From positions 127,844,001 to 127,908,000 of the forward strand of contig NC_083243.1 in NCBI RefSeq assembly GCF_032191835.1: a DNA stretch of 64,000 nucleotides, given 5' to 3'. Below are positions 61,291 to 64,000 of this stretch, piece after piece (the first letter of the stretch is position 1; each line of letters opens with the position of its first letter). A model generated the notes under the pieces. It did not search any database and was not told the origin of the DNA. It saw only the letters and a program-made list of their open reading frames with translations. The DNA is from Heteronotia binoei. Taxonomy: Eukaryota. The position numbers and the translations under genes were made by a program.

Positions 61291-61814
61291 GCAGAACCAC
61301 CTCTGCAGAGAATGCACAAGTATGAACAATTAACCTTTCTCCCCATGCTCCACCATGCCAACTTAGCTTAAATGGTCTCCCATTTGAGGTGAGTAAGGCT
61401 TCCACTCTCCTGGCTTTTTGCAAGAGTTAGCATATCATGTTAGAAGCTCATGCTTTTGTTTCAGCTATGTTTGAGATTTTGGTTTGTTTTCAGATATCTG
61501 TAGTCCAAACCCTATTGTCCCATCCTGTTGGCTGTACTTGAGTTTCACTATACCACGAGTAGCGTAATTGAGAAACGCAGATGATAACAGTGATGATTTT
61601 GTCATGATGTCTAATTGCAGGGTCATCACCAAATTGAGATCTTTCTCTGTAACCAGGATTCTCAACTATGGTTTAATCTTGGTTTAGAATCATGACCACA
61701 GGTGGGGGTGGGGCAGACCAATATTTGTTAAAGTGCTTATATTAAGACGTCACAAGGGAATTAGATTTCATATTCTGTGGAACAGGTTTACAGCCTAAAC
61801 TGGTAAAATATTTT

Positions 61815-62355
61815 TAAGTACAAATGATGTCTCCATCCATGCTGGATCTGTTCCAGTTCAGCTTCTACCCTGGCTATGGGATGGAGTCCACGTTGGTTGC
61901 CCTTAAAGATGGCCTCTGGAGACACTTGGATTGAGGTGGATCTGTGCTGTTGCTACTGCTTCTTGATCTGACAGCATTGTTCAACATGGTTGATCATGAT
62001 TCTTTGACCCACTGCCTCACTAATGGAGGTATATGGAGAACTGTTTTACAATGGCTTTCCCCCTTTCTCCATGTCAGGGATAGAGGGTGGTGCTTGGCTG
62101 GAATGTGGTGTGATGCAAGTGGAGATTCTCTCTCTGATGCTGTTTAACATCTATATGCACCTCCTCACCCAGCTGGTCAGGGAGTTTGGCTTGAGTTGCT
62201 GTCAGTATGCTGATAACACCCAGCTTTATCTGTTGGTGGATGGAAGGACTCTGCCCCAGGTGTTTTGGACAGGGCATTAGGGGCCATGGCTGGATGGTTA
62301 CAGCAGAGCCAGCTGAAATTAAATCCAACAAAGATGGAGGTCCTGTACCTGAGCC
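61815..62355 (+). mobile_element. L2 LINE RT fragment
   Basis: LLLLLDLTALFNMVDH, QYADNTQLYL and LKLNPTKMEVL are L2-type RT motifs. Confidence 0.8.
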
Positions 62356-64000
62356 ATGGGGGCTTTGCATCTTGGTAGTTGGTGATTTGATCCTTAGGCA
62401 AGTAGACAGCTGGGTGGCAAAACCACGTACTGACCATATGGTGACTTGTCTGCCTGGTGCGAAGGTAGTGGACATTACATATGTAGATCTATATTTTGTA
62501 GATAGGCTGATAAGACAGTGCTGGGGAGAAGGCAGTGACTGTGGTACATGTCGGCACCAACGATGTGGGGGAATGCAGTCTTGAGATCCTGGAGGAAAAA
62601 TTTAGACTGCAATGCAGGAGACTCAAGGCCAGGACCTCCAAGGTAGCCTTCTCAGAAGTGCAACTTGTTCCACACACAGGGCAGGAGAGACAGGCACAAA
62701 TTAGGAGTCTCAATGCGTGGATGAGGCAATGGTGTAGGGAGGAAGGGTTCAAGTTCGTTAGCCACTGGGATGCTATTTGGAACAAGCAGGAGCTGCACAA
62801 AAGAGACAGTCTCCACTTGTCCCAAGAGGGAACCAGGCTGCTGGCGCTTAAAATCAAAAAGGTGGCAGAGGAGTTTTTAAGCTGAATATTGGGGGAAAGC
62901 CGATAGGAGATGAAATGTCTCTGGTTCAGGATGACTCATCTCAAAGAGATGAAGGGTTAGCTGTTGCTTTTATACTGGGCAATGGAATAGAGTTGTCCAC
63001 TGAGACAGTGACAAACAGTATGGACTGCCTGGCAAAGTCTTGAGGCAGCAGGAGGAAGACTGCAGGCCTAACTTGCCTGGGAAATTATAGATGTTTATAC
63101 AAATCATAGAAGTGTCCGAGGTAAAATCGGGGAGTTGGACTGCAAGTGTTGGAGGGAAATATAGACATTGTAGGTATTTAAGAAACTTGGTGGAATGAGG
63201 AAAATCAGTGGGACACGGTGATTCCTGGATATAAATTATATTGGAAGGATATGTTGGAGGTGAGGTGGCTCTGCATGTCAGAGAGGGTATACAGTCCAGT
63301 AAGATTGAGAAGGTCAGAGAATTAGATTCACTTCTAGAAATGCTTTGGGTCGAAATAGTGGGCCCAGAAGGAAGTTTGGGAGTTTGTTATCGCCCACCGG
63401 ATCAAAAGATAGAGGATGATTATACAATGATGAAAAAAATTAAGATAGTGGCTAGACGTAAAAACTGTGTCATAATAGGTGATTTTAACTATCTGCACAT
63501 TGATTGAGTCAGTATGTATTCAGGTCGGGAGAAAGAGACTGAGTTGCTAGACACTCTTAATGACTGCGCTATGGAGCAGATGGTCACAGAACCTACCAGG
63601 GAAGAGGTGATCTTGGACTTGGTTCTAAATAATGCCCAAGATCTGATGAGAGTTGTAAAAAGTGATTGTACCGCTTGGGAGCAGTGACCATAACGTTATT
63701 TAGTTCACCATATAAATAGAGAGTTGCCCCAAAAGACCAACACAACCACTTTTAACTTTATAAGGGGTAATTTCTCTGAGACAAGGAGGCATGTGAGGAG
63801 GAAACTGAAAGGAAAGGTAAATAGGGTCAGAACCCTTGGGGAAGCTTGGAGGCTATTTAAAACTACAATCTTAGAAGCTCAGATAAAATATATACCACGA
63901 GTCAGGAAAGGCACAAATAGGTATAGAAAAAGACATGCATGATTAACAAACAAAGTAATGGAAGCTGTAAAAGGTAAGAAGGGTTCCTTTAAGCAGTGGA
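62356..64000 (+). mobile_element. CR1 LINE 5' portion: ORF1 SGNH/esterase-like domain and EN
   Basis: LVVGDLILRQVD...CLPGAKV and VVHVGTND (CR1 ORF1 esterase blocks), then EN IIGDFNY. The segment from 62897 matches 9321 onward. Confidence 0.9.

Noticed and set aside
61465-61665. 66-aa minus-strand ORF as a host exon
   Set aside because: No LRR or other recognisable motif and no convincing splice sites.
55831-64000. Next upstream LGR4 exon (last LRR exon)
   Set aside because: I found no LRR-encoding exon by eye. It probably lies beyond the window, but a miss cannot be excluded.

Overview
Vertebrate genomic DNA. The repeat content (CR1, L1, L2, RTE/Bov-B, DIRS, Ty1/copia, tRNA-derived SINEs, many hAT MITEs) points to a squamate reptile, plausibly a gecko (inference). 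Two host genes lie in tandem on the minus strand, as in the conserved LGR4-CCDC34 synteny. LGR4 contributes its last three exons (55830-55709, 51509-51435, 46779-45503 plus about 2 kb of 3' UTR). CCDC34 contributes exons 1-5 (34068-33845, 24913-24784, 22703-22596, 17417-17259, 2256-2115), with the last exon off the left edge. All splice sites are GT-AG and phases join in frame. Most of the rest is transposon-derived. The most unusual object is a 3.7-kb Ty1/copia element in CCDC34 intron 4. It has 407-bp LTRs about 98% identical, a half-tRNA-iMet PBS and one open Gag-PR-IN frame, but no RT/RNase H. Its termini are TG...TA, it has no 5-bp TSD, and it splits a DIRS RT gene exactly at DAY|FHI. Nearby, a young 5'-truncated L1 (1175-codon open ORF2, perfect 18-bp TSD, no poly(A) tail) interrupts a CR1. 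Other notable items are hAT elements with related ends but unrelated interiors, long intronic hairpins near exons, and an RFX X-box upstream of CCDC34. Family names come from motif recognition only; no database search was run.
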